From an uncultured Gammaproteobacteria bacterium (GTDB lineage: Bacteria; Patescibacteriota; Microgenomatia; Levybacterales; UBA12049): DNA of 64,000 bases. The notes beneath the pieces were generated by a model that ran no database searches, was not told the DNA's origin, and saw nothing but the letters and a program-made list of their open reading frames with translations. The position numbers and the translations under genes were made by a program. Where the stretch lies: positions 194,858 to 258,857 of the forward strand of contig CAZCCG010000001.1 of the NCBI GenBank assembly GCA_964497535.1. The letters are read 5' to 3'. Shown one piece after another: positions 53,973-63,799 of this stretch (within the stretch, counting starts at the first letter, position 1; each line of letters opens with the position of its first letter).

Positions 53973-54233
53973 ATGGACGGATTACTTTTTTATATCATAT
54001 TTGGGCTCATAGCTGGATCAATTGCCAATTTTATCGATCCTAATCCTTCAGCAGGAGGTATTTTAGGGTCAATAGTTTTAGGAATCCTTGGTGCAGTAGT
54101 CGGTGGATACTTGGGAAGTATGTTATTTGGCGTCGGAGTGAGTGGATTCAATATTTCGTCGTTTATCGTCGCAGTTGTTGGATCTCTACTTCTGCTCTGG
54201 GTGGCAAGAATGTTTCGCAGAAGTACAGTATAG
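53973..54233 (+). CDS. GlsB/YeaQ/YmgE family (transglycosylase-associated) small membrane stress protein
   Basis: 86 aa. GAGGTG Shine-Dalgarno site. Gly-zipper helices. Confidence 0.75.
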   Translation: MDGLLFYIIFGLIAGSIANFIDPNPSAGGILGSIVLGILGAVVGGYLGSMLFGVGVSGFNISSFIVAVVGSLLLLWVARMFRRSTV

Positions 54234-54333
54234 CGATTCGCTCGTAAAATCAAAAAGGATGGTTACTACAATCGTCCTTTTTGTGGTGGCTAAAAATACT
54301 CCTTTGAGACAAAGTCTGTGAGGTGATTGAAAA

Positions 54334-56517
54334 TCAAGCGGCAATAACTATCTTACCGTTCTCAACTTTTGGAGTAATAGTATCACCTGGTTTAATTTTA
54401 TCTTCGGTAATTTTAAGGGCTATTTCATCGACTAATTTTTCTTCAATGAGCCGTTTTAGGGGACGCGCTCCAAATACAGGGTCATATCCGTATTCTGCGA
54501 AGTAAAAGGCGAGCTCGTCTGAAACTTTCAGTTCAATTCCATTTTCACGCATGCGTTCCTGGACTGAATCTAACTGCAATTTTGTGATTTGTAAGATATC
54601 CCGTGCGGAAAGTGTATTGTAAATAACCACTGAATCAAATCGATTCAGAAATTCCGGGCGAAATGAATGATGAAGCAATTCCCAGATTCTTTTATCCAGT
54701 TCTTCTTTTTTCTTATCATGGTGGGATTTTTTGGAACTTGCTGTTTCTGTGGAATATTCCTGGATAATCTCGCTACCGATATTGCTTGTCATGATAATAA
54801 TAGTATTTCTAAAATCGACAGTCACTCCCTTACTATCAGTGAGTCTTCCTTCATCCATGATTTGAAGAAAAATATTAAAAATTTGGGGATTTGCTTTTTC
54901 TATTTCATCAATCAGAACAACAGAGTATGGTTTTCTTCGTACGGCCTCAGTAAGTTGTCCTCCTTCTTCATATCCTACATATCCTGGAGGTGCCCCAATG
55001 AGTCTGGCTACCGTATGAGATTCTTGATATTCGCTCATATCAATACGAGTCATAGCATGTTGATCGGAAAATAGAATTGTTGCCAAAGCTTTAGCAGTTT
55101 CTGTTTTTCCAACTCCTGTTGGACCCAAGAACAGAAATGATCCGATTGGTTTATTTTTCGCGGCAAGTCCTGTACGAGATCGTCTGATTGCTCGTGCCAA
55201 AACATGAAGTGCTTCTTTTTGTCCAATAACCCGCTGTTCCAATTCTTCCTCTAAATGTGCAAGCTTTTGGGATTCTGTTGCAAGGAGCCGCGTTATTGGA
55301 ATACCGGTCCACCGTGATACAACGCGAGCGATATCCTGGGCGTCTACTTCTTCACGCAAAATTCTCTGGTCATGAGGAATGGTATTCCATTCTGCAGTTA
55401 TCGTTGATAATTGTTTTTCAAGTTCTGGAATCTTGCCATACTTTATTTCTGCTGCTTTTTGAAGATCAATCGTTCGTTCTGCTTGTTCAAGCTCAATTCG
55501 ATATGAGTCTATTTTTGCCCGTAAGTCTTGAATTTTTTTAATAATTTCCTTCTGTTCATTCCATCGTGTCTCAATATCCGCAGACTGTTTTTTCAGACTA
55601 TCTAATTCCTTTTCCAAATTATCCTTCCGTTGTTTTGCACTGTCGTTTTTTTCTTTCTTCAACGCTGCTTTTTCAATCTCTACTTGGGTAGTTCTGCGTT
55701 TGAGTGAATCAAGCTCTGTTGGCATACTTTCTGTCTCAATTTTAATAGATGCTGTTGCCTCATCGACTAAATCAATTGCCTTGTCTGGCAGGAACCGTTG
55801 CGCAATATATTGTGCGGAAAGTTTTGCTGCTGCTATCAATGCATCATCAGTAATTCTAATTCCATGATGGAGTTCATATTTTTCTTTAATGCCCCGTAAA
55901 ATTGCTATGGTATCTTCAATGGTTGGCTCTTCAACCATAACAGGTTGGAAACGTCGTGCAAGAGCCGGATCTTTTTCAATGTATTTGCGGTATTCACTTA
56001 GAGTTGTTGCTCCAATCATCCGAAGTGAACCACGTGCCAACGATGGTTTTAGAATATTGGCCGCGTCAACTGATCCTTCTGCTGCCCCTCCGCCTACCAG
56101 GGTATGCAACTCATCAATAAACATAATGTATTTTCCTTCTCCTTCCTCAACTGCTTTAATAACTCCTTTGAGACGGTCTTCAAATTCACCTCTGAATTTT
56201 GCTCCTGCCAAAAGTTGGGCAAAATCCAATACTATGACTTCTTTATTTTTCAAAGTCGTAGGGACACTTCCTGCGGCAACCTTTTGTGCCAAACCTTCTA
56301 CAATTGCTGTTTTTCCCACGCCAGGATCTCCAATAAGAATTGGATTATTTTTGGTTCTTCGGGATAAAATCTCCATTACCCGGCGAATTTCAGTTTCACG
56401 TCCTACAACCGGATCAATTTTATTTTTTCGAGCGGAATCAGTTAGATTCAATGTAAATTTGTTGAGCGCTTCCTGCGGAGTTATGGGTTTTAATAAATCT
56501 TGTAAGTTCTGATCCAT
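54334..56517 (-). CDS. clpB: ClpB-like AAA+ disaggregase lacking the N-terminal domain
   Basis: 727 aa. Starts at the NBD1 linker. Two Walker A motifs ([16 protein letters not shown]), a coiled-coil middle domain, and sensor and substrate-recognition motifs. Confidence 0.85.
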   Translation of the reverse strand: MDQNLQDLLKPITPQEALNKFTLNLTDSARKNKIDPVVGRETEIRRVMEILSRRTKNNPILIGDPGVGKTAIVEGLAQKVAAGSVPTTLKNKEVIVLDFAQLLAGAKFRGEFEDRLKGVIKAVEEGEGKYIMFIDELHTLVGGGAAEGSVDAANILKPSLARGSLRMIGATTLSEYRKYIEKDPALARRFQPVMVEEPTIEDTIAILRGIKEKYELHHGIRITDDALIAAAKLSAQYIAQRFLPDKAIDLVDEATASIKIETESMPTELDSLKRRTTQVEIEKAALKKEKNDSAKQRKDNLEKELDSLKKQSADIETRWNEQKEIIKKIQDLRAKIDSYRIELEQAERTIDLQKAAEIKYGKIPELEKQLSTITAEWNTIPHDQRILREEVDAQDIARVVSRWTGIPITRLLATESQKLAHLEEELEQRVIGQKEALHVLARAIRRSRTGLAAKNKPIGSFLFLGPTGVGKTETAKALATILFSDQHAMTRIDMSEYQESHTVARLIGAPPGYVGYEEGGQLTEAVRRKPYSVVLIDEIEKANPQIFNIFLQIMDEGRLTDSKGVTVDFRNTIIIMTSNIGSEIIQEYSTETASSKKSHHDKKKEELDKRIWELLHHSFRPEFLNRFDSVVIYNTLSARDILQITKLQLDSVQERMRENGIELKVSDELAFYFAEYGYDPVFGARPLKRLIEEKLVDEIALKITEDKIKPGDTITPKVENGKIVIAA

Positions 56518-56592
56518 GTACTAATTGTAACATTTTTGGCAGTCTTGTCAATAGATTGCCAACTTCGCTTTGATTTTTGAGTGAGGGGAGCA

Positions 56593-56841
56593 CTAATTAG
56601 TCGTGAAAGCGTGGAGTAACGTTAGTAATTCATTGACAGATTTACCTCGTCGCATAGAGTACTCAATTAAAAGCTTCAGCTGTGTATAGGTAGCTGTTAA
56701 TTGTTGTGTATAGGTATATGTATGTCCATTGTCATGTTTTTTATGCTCAAAACCCTTAATAGGAGTTCGAACATTCGTATGTACCCACATATATAATATT
56801 TCTATCAAATCTATATCATAGGTATCCAAATTTCGTTTCAT
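56593..56841 (-). CDS. hypothetical protein
   Basis: 82 aa. Confidence 0.3.
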   Translation of the reverse strand: MKRNLDTYDIDLIEILYMWVHTNVRTPIKGFEHKKHDNGHTYTYTQQLTATYTQLKLLIEYSMRRGKSVNELLTLLHAFTTN

Positions 56842-56940
56842 ATTCTGCCTTTATACGACACAAACATCAAAAGAGATTTAAGATTGTGTAAGAGAAAGAA
56901 GATAGTTGCATTTTAGAGTGTTCTTCTTTATTATAGAACT

Positions 56941-57276
56941 ATGCAGCTTCTTGTCTCATTACTCTTGAGTTCCATAGCGGTTTTTGTGACTGCATATATC
57001 ATGCCTGGTGTTCAAATAAATGGATTTATGACCGCACTGGTTGTTGCGGTAATCTTGGGAATAATAAATGCCGTATTAAAACCGATACTTCTTATTATTA
57101 CCTTACCAATTACTATTCTTACGCTTGGACTTTTTACATTAGTAATAAATGCGTTATTAATATTGCTTGCCAGCAGTATTGTCCCCGGCTTTCATGTCGA
57201 TGGGTTTTGGACTGCACTCTTCTTTGGAATTATTCTGGCTATTATAAACGGATTTTTACAGGCCATTCAGGACTAA
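56941..57276 (+). CDS. phage-holin-4 superfamily (DUF360) membrane protein
   Basis: 111 aa, 4 TM. Confidence 0.55.
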   Translation: MQLLVSLLLSSIAVFVTAYIMPGVQINGFMTALVVAVILGIINAVLKPILLIITLPITILTLGLFTLVINALLILLASSIVPGFHVDGFWTALFFGIILAIINGFLQAIQD

Positions 57277-57329
57277 CCTATTGTAGAGCTTTACATTTTT
57301 TTATTCTTATGTTATTTTAGGAGGTACTT

Positions 57330-57869
57330 ATGGAAGAACAACAATCTTCAGAGTCTCAATCTTCATCTTCATCAGCGCTGCCAAAAATCCTAGGAATTCT
57401 GGTTATAGTAGTACTTTTGGGGGTAGGAGGGTATTACCTTGTTTCTTCTCAAAAGTCGTCTCAACCATCGTCTATGAATCAAAGTCCTTCTCCTATGCCG
57501 TCGCAGTCAACGATGATGGAAGATCAAACAACTCAAACACCGAGCCAAACTGCACCTTCGACAGGCCCATCTCAAGCACAGACAACGGAAGGAATGGTAA
57601 AGACAATTACTGTTACAGGCAAAAATTTCTCTTTTGATCCGGGAACCATTACGGTAAAACAAGGAGATACGGTAAAAATTAATTTTTCTAACGTTGGCGG
57701 TATGCATGATTTTGTAATTGATGAATTTAATGTAAAAACTCCTCGAATACAAGGAGGAAATAGTGCGGAAGTAGAGTTTGTAGCTAATAAAAAAGGGACG
57801 TTTGAATATTATTGCAGTGTGGGTTCCCATCGCCAAATGGGCATGGTAGGCAAACTCATTGTTGAATAA
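57330..57869 (+). CDS. membrane-anchored cupredoxin (plastocyanin/azurin-like blue copper protein)
   Basis: 179 aa. TM anchor and Ser/Gln/Pro linker. Copper ligands in GGMHDFVI...YYCSVGSHRQMGM. Confidence 0.7.
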   Translation: MEEQQSSESQSSSSSALPKILGILVIVVLLGVGGYYLVSSQKSSQPSSMNQSPSPMPSQSTMMEDQTTQTPSQTAPSTGPSQAQTTEGMVKTITVTGKNFSFDPGTITVKQGDTVKINFSNVGGMHDFVIDEFNVKTPRIQGGNSAEVEFVANKKGTFEYYCSVGSHRQMGMVGKLIVE

Positions 57870-57914
57870 TACCCTTCTATTCATCTACAGAACTTATTTT
57901 CCAACTTTTTTATC

Positions 57915-58283
57915 ATGAATAGTATAGATAAACATTTAGCTGTAGCATCGATTATTGCCATACTTCTGGATCGAAGGTTTCGATTTCTAAAATTCAGATT
58001 TGGCTTCAGTGGAATTTTGGGTTTTATTCCCGGAATTGGAGATATCATTGTTACTATTCTGGCTTTCTATTTGGTATGGGTAGGTAAAAGGATGGGAGTT
58101 CCCAAGAAGGTGGAACATAAAATGATAGCAAATATTCTGTTTAATTTTTTCATTGGGCTTACGCCTTTTGTCGGTGATTTAGGAGAAATAATATTTCAAG
58201 TCAATATGCGTAATCTGTCCATTTTGAAGAATTACCGTAAATCATTGATAGTGCCGGAGAATCATTTGGCGCCCGCATATTAA
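57915..58283 (+). CDS. DUF4112 membrane protein
   Basis: 122 aa. GILGFIPGIGDIIVTILAFYLVWVGKRMGVP. Confidence 0.55.
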   Translation: MNSIDKHLAVASIIAILLDRRFRFLKFRFGFSGILGFIPGIGDIIVTILAFYLVWVGKRMGVPKKVEHKMIANILFNFFIGLTPFVGDLGEIIFQVNMRNLSILKNYRKSLIVPENHLAPAY

Positions 58284-59837
58284 TTACTTCAGCTCCACAG
58301 TAAAGTCTGCAGTGAAAAGTTTATTATCTGGATTAAATTGAGCAAAGACTCGATAGATGCCCGGCTGTAGTGGTCCATATAAACCAATTGGTAAGAATTC
58401 TACTGTCGGGCCGCCATTAGAATTAGGTGGTGGAGGCAAAACAAGGGTAGGATGGACATGAATATAGTCATATGTCTTTTTATTAATCATAACTAAATGT
58501 CCGAAGGCGGCCAAGTAAGGTTTGAGGTTTGTAATAGGTTTTTGGGTAGTTGCGTTTCTGATTGTAAATGAAATTTTTTGATCTCCCAAAGTTAATGCCT
58601 GTGTTTGTAGCTTCTTTGCAGGAGACATCGTTACTTGATAGGTCCCAAATGTTTTAGTGAACTTTTTATCTACATTTTGAGAGGCATTTATTTGTAGTGC
58701 AGTTCCTACAGGGACTGTAAATGCAAACTGCTGTTCGATAGCACCAAATGGTTGGAAATTTAGATAAACATGATAGATGCCGTCTGCGGGAAATTGTGTC
58801 GTTATCCAAAATTCGTCATTATCTTGAGTAGGGTGAATATGGGTAAAATAATTCAACTGACTATTGACGATAATCATATGCATGGGTTTTTCATACAGCG
58901 TACGAAAGAGAGTTACAGGATTTCCTGAACTCGCGTCAAAAATTTTAAAATGTAGAGTAGTATCTTGTTTTGGTTGTATTTGGTCAGGATAATAAAAGCT
59001 TACGGTATATCGTTTAGTACGATCTCCTATAAGGCTGGGGATTTTGGATTGTTGTTGCGACTGTGATTGAGTAAGAAGATCTTGTGCTATTTGTTGATGT
59101 TGGGAATGGATATTAAGGGATGGGATAGAGGAGTTTGGGATATATAGTAAAACCAGCACTATTCCCAGAACTACAATCGGTACAATAAATCCTATTGAAT
59201 AGTTTGGAAGTTTAGGAAATGTATTGCGGAGAAATAAATCAAAACGATAACTTTCAAGTATTAGCAGAAATACAATCATCAGAAGCAATAGAACTGAAAG
59301 AGGACTTGAAAAAGAACGGAAATCAGAACCAATTATAAAAGCATGAATAAGAATCAGAATTCCCCCTACATATACAAATCGATGGAGCATTTTCCACCGT
59401 TTTCCCAGCTTTTTAACCCAATAGTCAAAAGCAGTAAGGGTCAACAGTAATAAAATACAGAGTGCGAGAAAGCTCAACGTTACTGATAATAGATAATTTG
59501 GGGAGAGAAAAGGTAACCCTTCAAAGCCGCCCAGAGATAGAAAGAATGCAATTGAACCATGCAGCAATGCAGTAAAAAATACAGAGACTCCCAGAGCACG
59601 TCTGGCTCGTATATAGACTGCTTGATAGGCAAGAGTTGGAAATGCACGATATAAAGGACTGGGAAGAAGGGTAAGATATAATAATAGCAAAGAAAACAAA
59701 GCATACGCTTGCGTAAGTCGTATTATAACAAGAGGTTGCGAATGAATTGTTATAATAGTTATCAAAAAAATAATTACAACAATAGCACTATTAATGGCAA
59801 GAATTATTGGACGGATAGAGCGAAGTAGAAATGTCAT
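58284..59837 (-). CDS. membrane protein with ferric-reductase-like (YedZ/MsrQ-like) di-His TM domain and large extracytoplasmic C-terminal domain
   Basis: 517 aa. Paired His in TM helices (LLHGSIAFF; MLHRFVYVGGILILIHAF). ATGA-coupled to the upstream PKD gene. Confidence 0.4.
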   Translation of the reverse strand: MTFLLRSIRPIILAINSAIVVIIFLITIITIHSQPLVIIRLTQAYALFSLLLLYLTLLPSPLYRAFPTLAYQAVYIRARRALGVSVFFTALLHGSIAFFLSLGGFEGLPFLSPNYLLSVTLSFLALCILLLLTLTAFDYWVKKLGKRWKMLHRFVYVGGILILIHAFIIGSDFRSFSSPLSVLLLLMIVFLLILESYRFDLFLRNTFPKLPNYSIGFIVPIVVLGIVLVLLYIPNSSIPSLNIHSQHQQIAQDLLTQSQSQQQSKIPSLIGDRTKRYTVSFYYPDQIQPKQDTTLHFKIFDASSGNPVTLFRTLYEKPMHMIIVNSQLNYFTHIHPTQDNDEFWITTQFPADGIYHVYLNFQPFGAIEQQFAFTVPVGTALQINASQNVDKKFTKTFGTYQVTMSPAKKLQTQALTLGDQKISFTIRNATTQKPITNLKPYLAAFGHLVMINKKTYDYIHVHPTLVLPPPPNSNGGPTVEFLPIGLYGPLQPGIYRVFAQFNPDNKLFTADFTVELK

Positions 59838-60697
59838 TTTTTATGAATATATTTTTTTATACTAAGAGTTACGGTAAGGATAACAATTCCAATTACAATC
59901 ATCAGTAGAGGTTGTAAAGATCTGGGAAGTAATCTATCTGCCAAGCCAGTATTGACTGCTATCTTTTTCTTCTTGTTATACGGATTCTCAAAATATAGTT
60001 TGCCATTATTGGAACCTGCGATAAGTCCTGTATATGCCACAAATTTATTTGAATCTGTTAACTTTAAAGAGACAAGATAAGCAAAGTCAGTACCTTGATA
60101 TACGTGAGTAGGATTTTTTTCCCGGCTTGAGTCGCCGTCACCAAAATCCCAGAAGTACGTTATAGATTTGGCAGACGGATCAAGTTTGGTAGAGCTTAGA
60201 AAATGTATGGGAGAAGTACTCGTGAGTGAATCAATGGTAATTGATATCACATCGTTTGGAAGAGTATACGGATGATTTGGTAAAACATTTATTTGTACAA
60301 CATCAAGAGGAATATATGTTTGAGTTTGGGGTGGAAGTACTTCCACTGTTACTAGGTACGTTTTGGGGATAGTATATGTATGAGATACCTCCGACCCATA
60401 TTCATATTTCAAATCATCGGTTGAAAATTTCCATCGAAATTGTGTAGTATCCGCTATAGATTGGGGAATATTTAATGCATGTAAGTCAATAGCAAAATGG
60501 AGGGATTGTCCACTGCTATATTTTTGCGGAGCTAAATCTTGCATTGCAGATGAATAGGGATTTGTATTTGCAAGTTGGTTATTAATACGTAGGAATGGGG
60601 GACCGCTGCCGGCATGGGCAGAAAGAGGAGTAGGATAAAAGGCACTCCATGCAAAGAAGGAGAAAATAGCATACAATACTGGAAAGAAGAATCTCAT
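59834..60697 (-). CDS. secreted PKD-domain protein with C-terminal TM anchor
   Basis: 287 aa. WDFGDGDSSREKNPTHVY. Confidence 0.6.
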   Translation of the reverse strand: MRFFFPVLYAIFSFFAWSAFYPTPLSAHAGSGPPFLRINNQLANTNPYSSAMQDLAPQKYSSGQSLHFAIDLHALNIPQSIADTTQFRWKFSTDDLKYEYGSEVSHTYTIPKTYLVTVEVLPPQTQTYIPLDVVQINVLPNHPYTLPNDVISITIDSLTSTSPIHFLSSTKLDPSAKSITYFWDFGDGDSSREKNPTHVYQGTDFAYLVSLKLTDSNKFVAYTGLIAGSNNGKLYFENPYNKKKKIAVNTGLADRLLPRSLQPLLMIVIGIVILTVTLSIKKYIHKK

Positions 60698-61308
60698 AGT
60701 TCACTTGATAACTCAGTCAGTGTATGAATAGTAGGAATAGTAGGATGAATATCAAGTGAACCTCTATTAATTAAAATCACATTAAATTTCTTTACTAATT
60801 CTTCTGCAATATATGGTTTATCATCAATAATAGTGCTTTGCAGGGGGAGTTTTTCAATTGCTTGCGGGATCCATTTTCTTTTGAAAATAAAAATCAGCTG
60901 CGGATCAAAATATTTTGAGATACCTGTATTTGTAATCTTATGGAGTTGGTGTTCGTAATTTCCCTCAGAATAAATACCGAGCTTATTTGTAAACGCAAGA
61001 CGTTCTAAGACCGTAGGGACTTCAGGGAATAAAGAGTCATTATAAAGCTCTTTTGAGTTATAAAAGATGTCTTTCAATTCTTGTGCATCTACTGAATATT
61101 GTGTTGAAAGATAGGCTGTATATCCTTGAATACTAAAATCTGTCCGCGACTCCAGGCTACTGAGAAAATCTGATAAGGTTTGGCGGCTGGCTTGGGTTGA
61201 TATGCCCAGTATTGGGGCAAAAGCAGCAGTAAATTTCTGAGCAAATAATCTGGAATTGAATAGGGTCCCATCAAGATCAAAAAGGACAGTATTTGTAGTA
61301 ATAATCAT
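60694..61308 (-). CDS. HAD-like hydrolase
   Basis: 204 aa. Motif I FDLDGTLFNS. Confidence 0.7.
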   Translation of the reverse strand: MIITTNTVLFDLDGTLFNSRLFAQKFTAAFAPILGISTQASRQTLSDFLSSLESRTDFSIQGYTAYLSTQYSVDAQELKDIFYNSKELYNDSLFPEVPTVLERLAFTNKLGIYSEGNYEHQLHKITNTGISKYFDPQLIFIFKRKWIPQAIEKLPLQSTIIDDKPYIAEELVKKFNVILINRGSLDIHPTIPTIHTLTELSSEL

Positions 61309-61348
61309 ATACTTGCATTATACTATAGAATAGTTATTATATTTACTC

Positions 61349-61999
61349 ATGGAAAAATTGAATCAAACAAGTATTGATATAGAGTTTCTTCTCATAAGCG
61401 TTGTGCAGGGACTGGCTCTGGCAGCATTGGCGCAAGCGGCAGTCCCTATTATTGAAAACTTGCAATTTGAATACTTTGGGTATGTAATATCAGGATTTTT
61501 ATTTATTCTTATCTTTTGGTCAGGTGCTATTGTTCATGCAGTGAGTTTTATTGATTGGCCGCTTGATTTGTTTCATAATTTTCTGTATTTTCTTGCAGCT
61601 TTTTTTGAGGTTATCGCATTTTCTCAAATGACCAACCCGTCCAAATGGTTTGGGTTTATCCTGGTATTTTTTTGTGTAGTTGCAGTGCTTTATATCGTAG
61701 ATTTACATTTAATCAAAAATCATAAAAGTATAATGGAAAAATCTGAAGCCGGAAAGAAATTATATACCCATATTTTATCTGCCGAACTGTTTGAGATGCG
61801 TATTTTACTGCCATTGGGGTCCATCTTTACTATTATGGCCTTTATTTTCATTATGATAGTACCTTCTATTTTTATAGTCCATCAGTGGCATATTGTTTTG
61901 ATATGCCTTCAGATATGTTTCAACATTTTTTTTCTAATTCACTCGATACATACTTTTAAAAAAAGAGCCTTTCTTCTATCTCAAGTACAGAAACGATAA
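61349..61999 (+). CDS. polytopic membrane protein
   Basis: 216 aa, about 6 TM. Confidence 0.45.
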   Translation: MEKLNQTSIDIEFLLISVVQGLALAALAQAAVPIIENLQFEYFGYVISGFLFILIFWSGAIVHAVSFIDWPLDLFHNFLYFLAAFFEVIAFSQMTNPSKWFGFILVFFCVVAVLYIVDLHLIKNHKSIMEKSEAGKKLYTHILSAELFEMRILLPLGSIFTIMAFIFIMIVPSIFIVHQWHIVLICLQICFNIFFLIHSIHTFKKRAFLLSQVQKR

Positions 62000-62071
62000 C
62001 AGTACTATTTTCATACGCTATTCTTACTGCTTTATCTTTCAAGTCTTAACCTCAGCTATTATCCTTGATCC

Positions 62072-62323
62072 ATGAACTTGCAAGATATTTTTTATCTGAC
62101 TTCGATTATTTTCATGGTGCTTTCTATTATTATTTTGTTGAGTATTGGAATAGTACTGTTTTATATCAAGCAAAAAATATCAGATCTTCATGCTGCTGCT
62201 CAGAACGTCCTTACCGTAACTGATCGATATCTCAACAATCCAAGCGATATCGCATTGGAAATGGGTACAGCTGTTGCGGCTTCGGCAATCAAAAAAGTGA
62301 GAAATATTATAAAAAAAGATTGA
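62072..62323 (+). CDS. small membrane protein
   Basis: 83 aa, 1 TM. Confidence 0.35.
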   Translation: MNLQDIFYLTSIIFMVLSIIILLSIGIVLFYIKQKISDLHAAAQNVLTVTDRYLNNPSDIALEMGTAVAASAIKKVRNIIKKD

Positions 62324-62564
62324 ATTTTCTTTCCGGATTCATACAATCTTTTATCCTTATTATTAAAGAAGAATTTTATAATAAATACTATGATATATTT
62401 AATTAGTTGGATGGTACTGTTCCCTCTCCTTTTTTTTGCAGGAATGATTCTGCATGATAGTTATACACGGAGGAAATTAACATGAGATATTTATCAGGTG
62501 ATGTGTTAAAGATGGGAGCCTTTGTTACTGTTGTAGAATGTTTGCTTCTTCTAAAGCGGGTATT

Positions 62565-62918
62565 TTAAAGTCCCAGTTGATGTTTTAAGGTTAAAAATAA
62601 TTTCCCCCAAAACCCGGCTTTTTGATATTTTGTATAGTCTTGTTTTTTATACCAGTCGGCAGATCCAGGTAACGGAGGATCAATCCAGGCAGAAATAACT
62701 ACCCACTCATTCCGGTCATTTTTTTTTGCGATGATAGTTATAGTAGAATTGGAAAATTTTTTAATATATTCCACAGATCCCGGATTCTTTCCGGGGAAAC
62801 TTCTGTCGGGATTTTTAAAAGCCGAAAGAGCATCACTTTGAGAAAGACCTCTTTGTACAAGACGTTCTAATGCATGATTGGTCCAAATAATACCTCCATA
62901 TTGTTGTACGCTATTCAT
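62565..62918 (-). CDS. DUF4258-domain protein
   Basis: 117 aa. IIWTNHALERLVQRGLSQSDA. Confidence 0.45.
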   Translation of the reverse strand: MNSVQQYGGIIWTNHALERLVQRGLSQSDALSAFKNPDRSFPGKNPGSVEYIKKFSNSTITIIAKKNDRNEWVVISAWIDPPLPGSADWYKKQDYTKYQKAGFWGKLFLTLKHQLGL

Positions 62919-63301
62919 ACTCTCTATCTATTATAGCAAACTTACAGTCAATCAATACCTCTTTACCTCTTTCGTAATCCTTACTGTTATTTTCCTGAAT
63001 TCTTACCCCGTATCTGTACTATAAGCACATGTATAAAAAAATTAAAATACATGATTATGCATATCAAAAAAGGAGAAATGCTTTTTTGAGAAGGCATTCT
63101 CCAAAATACAGCTTTATAATAGGTGGATTAATATTCCAAGAATTGGCTTTCAATACATTCAGCATTCAGCAATCGGTATGTGTCGTGGGAGAAAAAATAG
63201 TTCGGAAACTAATGAAAGAATGTATAGAAAAAAGGATCGTACCACTTCCTCGAGTTGGTTTTTGAGTGGATATTTGGTTGACATCAAAGTAGGATTTTAT
63301 T

Positions 63302-63799
63302 ATGATAAAAGGAATGAAAAATATATTCAATGCTTTTATCTCCAGTCTGCCATCAGAAACAGTCTACGCGCATTGTGATATTCCTTGTGGGATTTATGAT
63401 CCCCATAATGCCCAAATGGCAGCCCACACCGTAATCCGAATGACTCAATTGCTTGGAGAAGTAAAACGAGATAATGAAACAAAGGCAGAACATGATATTT
63501 CCAGAATGACTAAAGTGAAAGAACATCATGGAGAATTGGTAGAGGATGAATTGGGCACGCTTGAAAATGATTATTTTAAAGATGAACATTTTAAAGCATA
63601 CCCGCAATTAAAAGATCTTCTTTTTTCTGCCGTAAAATTATCAATTACAACACGACAAACAATAGATATAGACGGCGCAAAAGAAATGCTTGAAAAAGTC
63701 ATGCAAATTGCGGAAATCTTTTATAAGACCAAAGCCCTTGAACCTATCCGTATAAAATCTCCGTATCCCACAGGTCTTGACATTGTTCTTTATAAATAA
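63302..63799 (+). CDS. sodN: nickel superoxide dismutase precursor (23-aa propeptide, then the Ni-hook HCDIPCGIYDP)
   Basis: 165 aa. ...ETVYA|HCDIPCGIYDP. Four-helix-bundle C-terminal part. Confidence 0.85.
   Translation: MIKGMKNIFNAFISSLPSETVYAHCDIPCGIYDPHNAQMAAHTVIRMTQLLGEVKRDNETKAEHDISRMTKVKEHHGELVEDELGTLENDYFKDEHFKAYPQLKDLLFSAVKLSITTRQTIDIDGAKEMLEKVMQIAEIFYKTKALEPIRIKSPYPTGLDIVLYK

Noticed and set aside
62462-62548. 28-codon ORF MRYLSGDVLKMGAFVTVVECLLLLKRVF with a good Shine-Dalgarno site
   Set aside because: It is too short, with no conservation evidence available. It could be a leader peptide but cannot be supported from sequence alone.
63029-63378. Two overlapping 66-78 aa ORFs upstream of sodN
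   Set aside because: They overlap each other and the sodN start. They have no motifs, and the region is more plausibly the sodN promoter and leader.
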